A stretch of DNA of 64,000 nt from Betaproteobacteria bacterium (GCA_004297625.1 SCTY01000004.1:2697-66696); one strand, 5' to 3'; shown: positions 10,529 through 18,037, numbered from the stretch's first letter. Program-made: numbers and translations. The notes: generated by a model from the sequence alone, not told the origin.

Positions 10529-10984
10529 CTATGGCCGGATATAGTTCCAGCCTTGGCGCTGCCGCTCCATCAACTGCACCACGCCGGCCTTGACGTGGCC
10601 GATTCCGGCGATCAGGTCCGCGTTGGTGAGTTTCATGTTGTGCATCGTGTTGTCGCAGGCAACGACCGCAACGTTGTCGTCGAGCGCGCCGTTGACGCGG
10701 TCAACCACCTTGGACTCGGCCCTCAGCATGTTAAGGCCCGGGCCGTAAGCGACGATCTCGATCTCGACATTTTCCTTGCCGAGATCCGCCTGGACGTTTT
10801 TCGCGTTATTGAGCGCCAGATTCCACTTCACCGGATCGTTATCGCTCACCTGGAAGATGACTTTGTACTTCGCATTGGCTTGCGGGGCGCTCTTCACGGT
10901 TGCTGCCTGCTGCGCAAGAGCGTTGGGAATGGCCGTGAAGATGGTGCCGGCGGCGAACAGTGCGGCGATTACTGCCTGTCTCAT
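10529..10984 (-). CDS. secreted DsrE/DsrF-like (COG1416-type) protein
   Basis: Met at 10984 preceded by GGAGGA. Signal peptide MRQAVIAALFAAGTIFTAIPNALAQQ. Core segments: KVIFQVSDND..., EIEIVAYGPGLNML, VAVVACDNTMHNM, GWNYIRP. The long upstream ORF extension is rejected. Confidence 0.7.
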   Translation of the reverse strand: MRQAVIAALFAAGTIFTAIPNALAQQAATVKSAPQANAKYKVIFQVSDNDPVKWNLALNNAKNVQADLGKENVEIEIVAYGPGLNMLRAESKVVDRVNGALDDNVAVVACDNTMHNMKLTNADLIAGIGHVKAGVVQLMERQRQGWNYIRP

Positions 10985-11030
10985 ATTTCCTCCTCGATGA
11001 ATCGGGTTGCGGGCTTGCTCCGGACGTATT

Positions 11031-11056
11031 GACGCCGCAAGGCCCGGGAATATTCC
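11031..11056 (-). promoter_or_regulatory. candidate ECF-type promoter (GGAATA-N16-CGTC) for the dsrE-like/trx/ccdA operon
   Basis: The minus strand reads GGAATAttcccgggccttgcggCGTCaata, about 47 nt upstream of the 10984 start. Its geometry is identical to the plus-strand partner at 11079..11104. Confidence 0.55.
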
Positions 11057-11078
11057 ATCACCGGGCCCGGTCCGGGGT

Positions 11079-11104
11079 GGAATAAACTGGACGGGTACTT
11101 CGTC
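11079..11104 (+). promoter_or_regulatory. candidate autoregulated ECF-type promoter (GGAATA-N16-CGTC)
   Basis: GGAATAaactggacgggtacttCGTCtaa ends 24 nt upstream of the sigma-factor ATG (11128). Confidence 0.55.
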
Positions 11105-11127
11105 TAATCCCGGTGCAAGGAGTTCGA

Positions 11128-11670
11128 ATGCTGTTTGGCATTCAAGCCGCAGTGCGGCGGGAGGTTGCGCGGTCGCGCCAGGCGCTCTATCGGCTTGCGT
11201 ACGCCTGGTGCCACGACGCATCGCTCGCGGACGACTTGGCGCAGCAGGCCATCGAAAAGGCGCTGCGCAGTGCGGCGCAGGTGCGCGATCAGGCGCGTGT
11301 GCGAGGCTGGCTCTGCCGCATCCTCGCCAATTGCCTGCGCGACCATTTCCGCGCCACGCGCGAGCACGAGGACGTGGACCGTCTTGTGGACACGATTGCG
11401 GCAAGCGGCCTGACCCCGGAAGAGGCGCATGCCGGCGCGCAGCTTAGCGCGCGGGTGCGCGATGCAGTCGCCCGGTTGCCGCTGGGGCAACGTCAGGTCG
11501 TGACGCTGGTCGATCTCGAGGGCTGCAGCTATGCCGAAGTCGGCGAAGCGCTGGAGATTCCGATCGGCACAGTGATGAGTCGGTTATGCCGCGCTCGGCA
11601 GTCACTGCGCGAGCAGCTGCTTGCCGTGATGGCGGATGAGCGGGAAGCGAAGCTTCGGAGCGTGAAATGA
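11128..11670 (+). CDS. ECF (sigma-70 group IV) RNA polymerase sigma factor
   Basis: Region 2 (LYRLAYAWCHDASLADDLAQQAIEKAL) and region 4 (LPLGQRQVVTLVDLEGCSYAEVGEALEIPIGTVMSRLCRARQSL). I chose ATG 11128 because AAGGAG lies 5 nt upstream. The ORF track starts at GTG 11113. Confidence 0.9.
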   Translation: MLFGIQAAVRREVARSRQALYRLAYAWCHDASLADDLAQQAIEKALRSAAQVRDQARVRGWLCRILANCLRDHFRATREHEDVDRLVDTIAASGLTPEEAHAGAQLSARVRDAVARLPLGQRQVVTLVDLEGCSYAEVGEALEIPIGTVMSRLCRARQSLREQLLAVMADEREAKLRSVK

Positions 11671-12380
11671 GCGAAGAACACAGGGTTTCTGCCGAGATGC
11701 AGAGTGCGTTTGTCGATGGTCAGCTCGACGCCGCCGAATGGGAGCGCGTTGCCGGGCGGATCGAAGGCGATGCGCGGCTGCGGGAAGATTTGTGCGCGCT
11801 GCGCACCGTCAAGGACATGGTTCAGCGTGCGTATGCGGAGCCGCCCGCGTGGCGGGACCGCGCCGGACGCGAACCCCTGCGTCGCTGGATACCGCTCGCC
11901 GCGGCGAGCGCGATGTTCTCGGTCGCGGGCTGGTTCGGACACGCCTGGTGGAGCGATGAAGCGCAGGGGGACCCCGTTGCCGGCTACGCGCTGCGGGGTG
12001 ACTGGCGATCGCTCGATCGCAATCACGTACTGGTACACGTCAGCTCGGGGCGGCCCGAGGCGCTTGGGACGGCGCTCGACGAGGTGGAGGACGTGTTGCG
12101 TTCTGCGCGCACTGCGCACCGGAGCATCGAGGTCGAGATCGTCGCCAACAGCACGGGCCTGGATCTGCTGCACGCCGGAAACACGCCGCACGCAACGCGC
12201 GTCGCGGCGATGCGCGCCGAATTTCCCAACCTCAAATTGGTCGCCTGCGGCCAGACGCTGCAGCGGCTGCGTGAGAACGGAATCTCAGTCGAGTTGCTGC
12301 CCGGCACCGAAGTCGCGCCTTCGGCCCTCGATCAGGTGGTCAAGCGATTGCAGATCGGCTGGGTCTACGTTCGGGCCTGA
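11667..12380 (+). CDS. anti-sigma factor: RseA-like N-terminus, one TM helix, periplasmic DsrE-like domain
   Basis: 4-nt overlap with the sigma gene. The N-terminus has MQSAFVDGQLDAAEWERV. The TM helix is WIPLAAASAMFSVAGWFGHAWW. The C-terminal ~140 aa align with the 10529 product (EVEIVANSTGLDLL, LKLVACGQTLQRL, GWVYVRA). Confidence 0.75.
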   Translation: MSEEHRVSAEMQSAFVDGQLDAAEWERVAGRIEGDARLREDLCALRTVKDMVQRAYAEPPAWRDRAGREPLRRWIPLAAASAMFSVAGWFGHAWWSDEAQGDPVAGYALRGDWRSLDRNHVLVHVSSGRPEALGTALDEVEDVLRSARTAHRSIEVEIVANSTGLDLLHAGNTPHATRVAAMRAEFPNLKLVACGQTLQRLRENGISVELLPGTEVAPSALDQVVKRLQIGWVYVRA

Positions 12381-12464
12381 TGACAGGAAAACCGACGGAT
12401 CAAGGCGGTGTCATTACCGATTTCGTCTCGCCGAAAGAGCGATTTCCTCCTTTTGGAGATTGAC

Positions 12465-13016
12465 ATGAGATCCGTCGCGCTATTCAGTACTTCCCTATTG
12501 TTCCTGTTCAGTGGTCTGGCGTCGGCTAATCCTCCCTCGCCCTACGTCGGGCAGGAGACGCGCGCTATCAAAGCGTTGTCGGCGCAGGAAGTTCAGGATT
12601 ACCTCGAGGGCAAGGGCATGGGTCTCGCCAAGGCCGCCGAACTCAATCGCTACCCCGGTCCGGCGCATGCTCTGGAGCTTGCCGTGCCGCTCGATCTAAC
12701 GATAGAACAGAAGGCACGCACTCAGGAGCTGTTCAAACGGATGCAGGAAAAGGCGATAACTCTGGGCCGCCTGCTGGTCGACGAGGAAGTGAATTTGGAC
12801 AGGCTGTTTGCTACCCGAACCGTCACGCCCGAAACGCTGCGAGCAGCGCTCGAACGCATCGGCAAGGTTCAAAGTCAAGTGCGCGAGGCGCACCTGGAAG
12901 CGCATCTGGCCCAGACCGAGATACTTTCCCCGGCGCAGACTGCGAAATACGTCGAATTGCGTGGCTACGGCGCGCATCCGACCGGAAATGGCGAGCGGCA
13001 ACATGGCAGGCACTGA
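12465..13016 (+). CDS. periplasmic Spy/CpxP/heavy-metal-sensor-like protein (LTXXQ-type repeats)
   Basis: Met at 12465 after GGAG. Signal peptide MRSVALFSTSLLFLFSGLASA. Helical LxxxQ motifs: LSAQEVQDY, LTIEQKARTQELF, LSPAQTAKY. Confidence 0.6.
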   Translation: MRSVALFSTSLLFLFSGLASANPPSPYVGQETRAIKALSAQEVQDYLEGKGMGLAKAAELNRYPGPAHALELAVPLDLTIEQKARTQELFKRMQEKAITLGRLLVDEEVNLDRLFATRTVTPETLRAALERIGKVQSQVREAHLEAHLAQTEILSPAQTAKYVELRGYGAHPTGNGERQHGRH

Positions 13017-13362
13017 CGGTCTGATCGCACACCGGGTCGCGTCCCGGTGCGTGGTCTATGAGCGATCGGGGGCCACGTGATTTCCGGCAGATGACTTCAT
13101 GCTCAGACCGCGATTGCCGGCAGCCCGACGCGGCTACCGTCGCTCATTCCGGCGAGCGTTTCCAGGCTGATAGAGCGGCTCTGGTCTGCCCGCCCGTCGT
13201 TTTGCTCGGACTGGCAAAACTGGTCTGGGTGATCGTGGGGTGGCCGCTGGGCGGGGCCGTGGACTTCGCCATGCGGCGGTCGCTTACCCCTCGCGCCATG
13301 GTTCAACCAACCCGTGGTCATAGACGAAGCGGCCCGCTGGTTCACTCGAGAGTCGACGCCCG

Positions 13363-14145
13363 CTACCCGTGCGGCGCGGTCGCCAGCTTCAGAAACTCGT
13401 TCAATTCCGTCGTATTCAGGTCGGACACGGCGATATACGTGAATTCGCCATCCCTGCGCGCGGCGATGTTGAATCCATTGTGCCGCGCGTCGCCGTGCGG
13501 GGCGAGCCGGCCGGCCTGCTTAGTCGGCAGCACGTAGAGATTGATCAGGTGCTCCTTGCGACGGTAGACCAGCGCGGCCACCGCCTCCTCTTCGAACACT
13601 TCGAGCCGGCCGCCCACCAGCGTGAAACCCTGCGCCGCGAAGTCCTCGACCGGCGGCGCGTATCTCAGCCGGCCGCTGAACCAGGGCTTGACAGCGTGGC
13701 TGTCGGACGACGCGACATCGACCGCGTGCGGCGACATCATCGAGCGCAGATGGGCCGAGACCAGTAGCCTTTCGCCGGCATCGCTTCTTGCAAGATTGAG
13801 CACCAACGCGGTTGCGACGACCGAGACCAGCGCCGTTGACGTCATCGCGCCCGCCAGCCGCAAGTTCCACCGGTTGCGCGATCCGGCGCGTTCGCGCCCT
13901 TCCCGCTCGAACCCGCGCTCTTGAACCGGACGCGCGGGCAGCGCACTCAGGCGGCGCGGCGCTCGGTGGCGCCGCACGCGTGCGCGCATGGCGTCGCTCA
14001 AGGCGCGCAGCACCGCATGGCGCTTCAGCAGCGACGCAGATAGCGTCGCGGTGGCGTCCACTGGCCCAAGCAAGCCGCGCCGCTCGCCATCGTCGGCTTC
14101 GCCGTCGATCAGCGCCGTCAGCAGACGTTCATCCTTTTCGTTCAT
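13363..14145 (-). CDS. transmembrane anti-sigma factor (COG5662-like)
   Basis: 17-nt overlap with the upstream ECF sigma gene. N-terminus LLTALIDGEADDGE; one central TM helix (LAGAMTSTALVSVVATALVL). The C-terminal domain resembles that of 23031..23876. Confidence 0.75.
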   Translation of the reverse strand: MNEKDERLLTALIDGEADDGERRGLLGPVDATATLSASLLKRHAVLRALSDAMRARVRRHRAPRRLSALPARPVQERGFEREGRERAGSRNRWNLRLAGAMTSTALVSVVATALVLNLARSDAGERLLVSAHLRSMMSPHAVDVASSDSHAVKPWFSGRLRYAPPVEDFAAQGFTLVGGRLEVFEEEAVAALVYRRKEHLINLYVLPTKQAGRLAPHGDARHNGFNIAARRDGEFTYIAVSDLNTTELNEFLKLATAPHG

Positions 14146-14701
14146 AGGTGTTCATTCCCTTGTCTTTCAGTGCTTGCAGCATCATTTCGCGAGCGCGCGC
14201 CAAGCGTGACATCACGGTGCCCACCGGCGCCTCGATGACGCGCGCGATTTCCTTGTACGACAGATCCTCCAGCTCGCGCAGCACCAGCGCCTCGCGGTAA
14301 TGCACCGGCAGAGCCGCAAGCGCCGCATTCAGCGCTTCGGCGTCCGACAGGCGCTCGGTCCAGCTCTCCGGGCTCTCGGCCCAGATCGATTCGTCGGCCA
14401 CGTGCTCGTGCGCTTCGAGGTCGATCGGCTCTTCGTGCTGCGCCTGGTTCTTGCGCGCCGAACGCCAGTCGAAGAACACCCGGCGCACGATACCGAGCAA
14501 CCATGGCCGGCCTTCTTTGCCGCGGAACGAGGCGAAGTAATGCCACGCCCGCGCGAGCGCTTCCTGTGCGATGTCCTGGGCGTGGGTGTCGTCGCCCGAC
14601 AGCCAGCGCGCCAGGTTGTAGGCCGCATCCAGATGGGGCATGACCAGTCTGGCGAACCGGGAGCCGGGCTGTTCCTCTTGGGTCCTACCGAATCCGAACA
14701 T
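14129..14701 (-). CDS. ECF RNA polymerase sigma factor
   Basis: LDAAYNLARWLSGDDTHAQDIAQEALARAW and LPVHYREALVLRELEDLSYKEIARVIEAPVGTVMSRLARARE. Confidence 0.9.
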   Translation of the reverse strand: MFGFGRTQEEQPGSRFARLVMPHLDAAYNLARWLSGDDTHAQDIAQEALARAWHYFASFRGKEGRPWLLGIVRRVFFDWRSARKNQAQHEEPIDLEAHEHVADESIWAESPESWTERLSDAEALNAALAALPVHYREALVLRELEDLSYKEIARVIEAPVGTVMSRLARAREMMLQALKDKGMNTYERKG

Positions 14702-14731
14702 CAGCTATTCCACGGCGCGATACATACCTGT

Positions 14732-14757
14732 TACCGACTTGTTGATGGATTTATTCC
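14732..14757 (-). promoter_or_regulatory. candidate ECF-type promoter (GGAATA-N16-GGTA) for sigma/anti-sigma pair 2
   Basis: The minus strand reads GGAATAaatccatcaacaagtcGGTAac. Its -35 element is back-to-back with the plus-strand partner around the palindrome TTCCAATTGGAA. Confidence 0.45.
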
Positions 14758-14761
14758 AATT

Positions 14762-14787
14762 GGAATGAATCCGGTACGCCAACAGTA
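14762..14787 (+). promoter_or_regulatory. candidate ECF-type promoter (GGAATG-N16-AGTA) for the metallophosphoesterase/cupredoxin operon
   Basis: GGAATGaatccggtacgccaacAGTAg. It shares GGAATRAATCC and the N16 spacing with the divergent partner. Confidence 0.45.
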
Positions 14788-14873
14788 GTTGGAGGTGCGG
14801 GCCGCAGAGTCATACTCGGATCATCCCAAGATCGCGACGCCGCATACAACCTTACACCGATTCGGAGGAGAAC

Positions 14874-15773
14874 ATGATCCGTTTGAAAATAGACCGCCGC
14901 AAGTTTCTTAAACTGGCCGGCGTGGGTGGCGCGGTGTTCGCGTCGGGATTACCCGGCTGGGCCGAGGCGCAGAGCATGGCCAAGGCCGACGACTTCCTGT
15001 TCGTCCAGCTATCGGACACGCATTGGGGTTTTCAGGGAGCGCCGAATCCGGACGCTGGTGGCACGTTGCGGAAGGCAGTCGCGGCCGTCAACGAGCTTTC
15101 GCCCGTGCCCGACTTCGTCATTTTTACCGGCGACCTGACCCACACGACCGACGATCCGCAAGAGCGGCGCCACCGCCTAACGCAGTTCAAGGAGATCGTC
15201 TCCGCGATCAAGGTCAAGGACGTGAAGTTCATCCCCGGAGAGCACGACGCCTCGCTCGACCGTGGCAAGGCGTACGGCGAGTTCTTCGGCCCGACCCACT
15301 ACACCTTCGATCACAAGGGCGTGCACTTCATCGTCCTCGACAATGTATCCGATCCCGCCGCCGCGCTCGGTGAAGAACAACTCACCTGGCTCAAGGCCGA
15401 TCTGGCCGGACTCGATAGAGACGCACGCATCGTCGTCTTCGCCCACCGGCCGCTGTTCGACCTGATGCCGCAGTGGGACTGGGCGACGCGCGACGGCGCC
15501 AAGGCGGTCGAGATGCTGATGCCGTTCAAGAACGCGACGGTGTTCTACGGCCACATCCACCAGGAGCACCACCACGCCACCGGGCATATTCAGCACCATG
15601 CCGCGAAATCGCTGATCTTTCCGTTGCCGGCGCCGGGCTCGCAGCCCAAGCGCGCGCCCCTGGCGTGGAATCCGGCGCAGCCCTACAGCGGCCTGGGCTT
15701 TCGCCAGGTCGGGACCAGGCCTGCGGCGTATGGGTTCGATCTGACCGAATTCCCGGTGGCGAAGAAGGCATGA
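14874..15773 (+). CDS. Tat-exported metallophosphoesterase
   Basis: Twin-arginine leader DRRKFLKLAGVGGAVFASG. Phosphoesterase motifs: QLSDTHWG, FTGDLTH, PGEHD, VFAHRP, YGHIHQEH. Confidence 0.85.
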   Translation: MIRLKIDRRKFLKLAGVGGAVFASGLPGWAEAQSMAKADDFLFVQLSDTHWGFQGAPNPDAGGTLRKAVAAVNELSPVPDFVIFTGDLTHTTDDPQERRHRLTQFKEIVSAIKVKDVKFIPGEHDASLDRGKAYGEFFGPTHYTFDHKGVHFIVLDNVSDPAAALGEEQLTWLKADLAGLDRDARIVVFAHRPLFDLMPQWDWATRDGAKAVEMLMPFKNATVFYGHIHQEHHHATGHIQHHAAKSLIFPLPAPGSQPKRAPLAWNPAQPYSGLGFRQVGTRPAAYGFDLTEFPVAKKA

Positions 15774-16165
15774 CGACCGGCGCAACCGCAGCATGGACGC
15801 GCCGGCGCTGGCTCAAGGCGGCGCTGGCAGCCGCCGCACCGGCGGCCCTGGGCCTGGGCACATATCACGCCGCGGCCGCGCCCCGCCAGGTCGTGATCAA
15901 GATGACGGTCAAGCGGTTCGAGTTTTCCAAGAAAGTGATCGTCGTCAAGAAGGGCGTGCCGGTCGTAATCGAGATCACGTCGCTCGACGTGCCGCATGGC
16001 TTTGCGGTCCCCGATTTCCACGCGCGGGCGGAGATCGTGATGCCGGGCAAGGTTGCCCAGGTGCGCTTTACCCCCGACAAGATCGGCGAGTTTCAGTATC
16101 TGTGCGATATTTTCTGTGGTGAAGGACACGAGAAATTGGAGGGCAGACTGATCGTGCGGGTTTGA
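15770..16165 (+). CDS. Tat-signal cupredoxin-fold protein with CuA-like ligand pattern
   Basis: ATGA overlap with the upstream gene. Leader WTRRRWLKAALAAAAPAALG. Ligand pattern VPHGF...YLCDIFCGEGHEKL, i.e. H-x35-C-x3-C-x3-H-x2-L. Confidence 0.75.
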   Translation: MTTGATAAWTRRRWLKAALAAAAPAALGLGTYHAAAAPRQVVIKMTVKRFEFSKKVIVVKKGVPVVIEITSLDVPHGFAVPDFHARAEIVMPGKVAQVRFTPDKIGEFQYLCDIFCGEGHEKLEGRLIVRV

Positions 16166-16264
16166 GCTCGAAAGACAGGCGCCCGATGAACCGCGGTCGC
16201 ACCGCCGGATACCGCACCTCCATCGTCGAGAGCCAGCGAGAAGAACCCACGCGGTGTGCAGACC

Positions 16265-16822
16265 TCACGCATCCTTCGCTGCCGTCCGCATTTCTTCAAG
16301 CGTGTAGCGCGGGATGATGTGCTGCGGACAGTTCCAGTCGAACGCCCCGACGTGCAGCACCATGGCGCGCTCGACCACCGCCGGATAGCCCGGATCGGCA
16401 AGCGTGGCGATCAGCTCCGGGGTCTCGGCGGCGTTGCGCGCCTCGATCGTCGCGTAGATCTTCAGGCGGCGGCGATTCGGGTAGTCCATCAGAATGAGCG
16501 CAGCGCGGTTGTTCTTCTCCAGGTTGCCGACGCTGACGTATTGACGATTGCCGCGAAAGTCGGCGTACGCGAGCGTGTGCGCGTCGAGGACCTTCAGAAA
16601 TCCTCGTGGTCCGCCGCGAAACTGCACATACGGATAGCCGTTCTCGCCGACCGTCGCCATATAGAAGCTGTCGCGTTCCGAGATGAACTCGGCTTCCCGT
16701 TCGGTGAGGGTATCCTCGGCGCGCATCGCTTCCATTCGCTCGTACTGCCGGCGCGAACCGTGTTTCTCCTGTTGCGCCTTGACGCTCGCGGTAAACGCGA
16801 TGCGCGGAAAATTGGTAGGCAT
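16265..16822 (-). CDS. pyridoxamine 5'-phosphate oxidase-family (FMN-binding split barrel) protein
   Basis: 185 aa. SFYMATVGENGYPYVQFRGGPRGFLKVLD resembles the PNPOx-like family. Confidence 0.7.
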   Translation of the reverse strand: MPTNFPRIAFTASVKAQQEKHGSRRQYERMEAMRAEDTLTEREAEFISERDSFYMATVGENGYPYVQFRGGPRGFLKVLDAHTLAYADFRGNRQYVSVGNLEKNNRAALILMDYPNRRRLKIYATIEARNAAETPELIATLADPGYPAVVERAMVLHVGAFDWNCPQHIIPRYTLEEMRTAAKDA

Positions 16823-16891
16823 GGGATTTGTTGCTCGCGGTAGGGTGGCGTGAGCGGCTCGAAGCGGCCCGGACCGCTCACGCGTTCCTCC

Positions 16892-17266
16892 TCAGAAGGT
16901 CAGTACGTTGTAGCCGCTTCGAACGAGCTTCTGCAGGCTAGGCAGGCCGCTCGTTCCGGGCACCAAATTCTCCTTGATCAGGTCGAGGCCGGATCTGGTG
17001 ACCCCTTCAGCCGCGCCGAAAACATCGGTACAGCCGCACGATACCCCGGCCACCTTGTCCTTGACGGCGTTGTAGAGCGCATGCGCGGGATGTTCGGGTT
17101 TGATCAGCTCGCCAGCCCAGCGAGTGCCCGCTCCTTGAAAGTAGACCTGAACGTCATCGCCGCCTTGCTTGAAGTCGTAAGCCGCGGCGAGCGCGTTGAA
17201 GAGCCGCCCGAGAGACTCTTCCGAGCCGTTTTTCGGGTCCGACAGCAGGACGATTGCAGTTTTCAT
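16892..17266 (-). CDS. DsrE-family protein (cytoplasmic)
   Basis: Met at 17266 after GGAG. MKTAIVLLSDPKNGSEESLGRLFNALAAAYDFK...YFQGAGTRW...VSCGCTDVFG. No signal peptide. Confidence 0.65.
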   Translation of the reverse strand: MKTAIVLLSDPKNGSEESLGRLFNALAAAYDFKQGGDDVQVYFQGAGTRWAGELIKPEHPAHALYNAVKDKVAGVSCGCTDVFGAAEGVTRSGLDLIKENLVPGTSGLPSLQKLVRSGYNVLTF

Positions 17267-17293
17267 GTTCACTCCGTTGTCGATTCGATGGAC

Positions 17294-17379
17294 ATAACCC
17301 GTAAACAATAAAAATACAGGTTATAGGCACACTCTAGCCCTTGACCTCATAACCTGTCAAGAATATATTTACAGGTTAG
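17294..17379. promoter_or_regulatory. two 31-bp palindromic operators ATAACCYGT-N13-ACAGGTTAK in the divergent dsrE-like/CGNR intergenic region
   Basis: O1 at 17294..17324 is ATAACCCGTaaacaataaaaatACAGGTTAT. O2 at 17349..17379 is ATAACCTGTcaagaatatatttACAGGTTAG. Both spacers are AT-rich and exactly 13 nt. The centres are about 55 bp apart. Confidence 0.6.
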
Positions 17380-17404
17380 TGCTACGACTCACCGAAACGC
17401 CGCA

Positions 17405-18037
17405 ATGAAGGGCAGGACCGCCGAACCGGACGCGAGCAGGTTTTTCCTGATCGGAAACAATCTGGCGCTGGACTTCGTCAACACCGAGATCGTTTGCGAC
17501 GGCGCACCGTTGGATCTCCTGACCGACATTGCGGATTTCGCAACATGGGGGGTCGGCGCGAGTCTGCTGACCGCGACCCAGGCGAACACCTTGCTGCACG
17601 CCTGGAGCCAACGGAGCAAGGGCGTGCCTCAACAGGTGCTGAGTTTCAGGAAGACTCTCAGCGGGATATTCAGGGACCTCCTGCGCGGCAATAGCGTTTC
17701 GGCGGAGTCGCTCGCCGCGGTCAGTGAGGTTCTCAACCGGCACAAGGGGCGAGTCGAACTGCGAAAAACCCCGTCGGGGTTTGAGAAGCGGCTGCAAGCC
17801 GACTACACCGATCCCCGCCAGTTGCTCGCACCCATCGCGGAAGCCGCCGCAGACTTGCTGTGCGGCGCAGATCTCCGGTATCTCAGGAGGTGCGAGAACC
17901 CGAAATGCGTTCTGATCTTCCATGACACAACGAAGAGCCACCGGCGACGCTGGTGCTCGATGGCCGCATGCGGCAACCGCGCCAAGGCCGCGAGCTTCTA
18001 CCGCCGCCAGCAACGGTCGGGGCGGCGGCGGCCGTAA
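17405..18037 (+). CDS. CGNR zinc-finger (ABATE domain) protein, putative regulator
   Basis: N-terminus FFLIGNNLALDFVNT. C-terminus LRRCENPKCVLIFHDTTKSHRRRWCSMAACGNRAKAASFYRRQ. Confidence 0.85.
   Translation: MKGRTAEPDASRFFLIGNNLALDFVNTEIVCDGAPLDLLTDIADFATWGVGASLLTATQANTLLHAWSQRSKGVPQQVLSFRKTLSGIFRDLLRGNSVSAESLAAVSEVLNRHKGRVELRKTPSGFEKRLQADYTDPRQLLAPIAEAAADLLCGADLRYLRRCENPKCVLIFHDTTKSHRRRWCSMAACGNRAKAASFYRRQQRSGRRRP

Noticed and set aside
13030-13049. Hairpin CACCGGG-tcgcgt-CCCGGTG after the Spy/CpxP-like gene
   Set aside because: The stem is only 7 bp and no U-tract follows. It cannot be called a terminator with confidence.
13103-13345. 80-aa His/Pro-rich minus-strand ORF between the Spy-like gene and anti-sigma 2
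   Set aside because: It has no signal peptide, no ribosome-binding site and no family resemblance. Its composition is consistent with chance.
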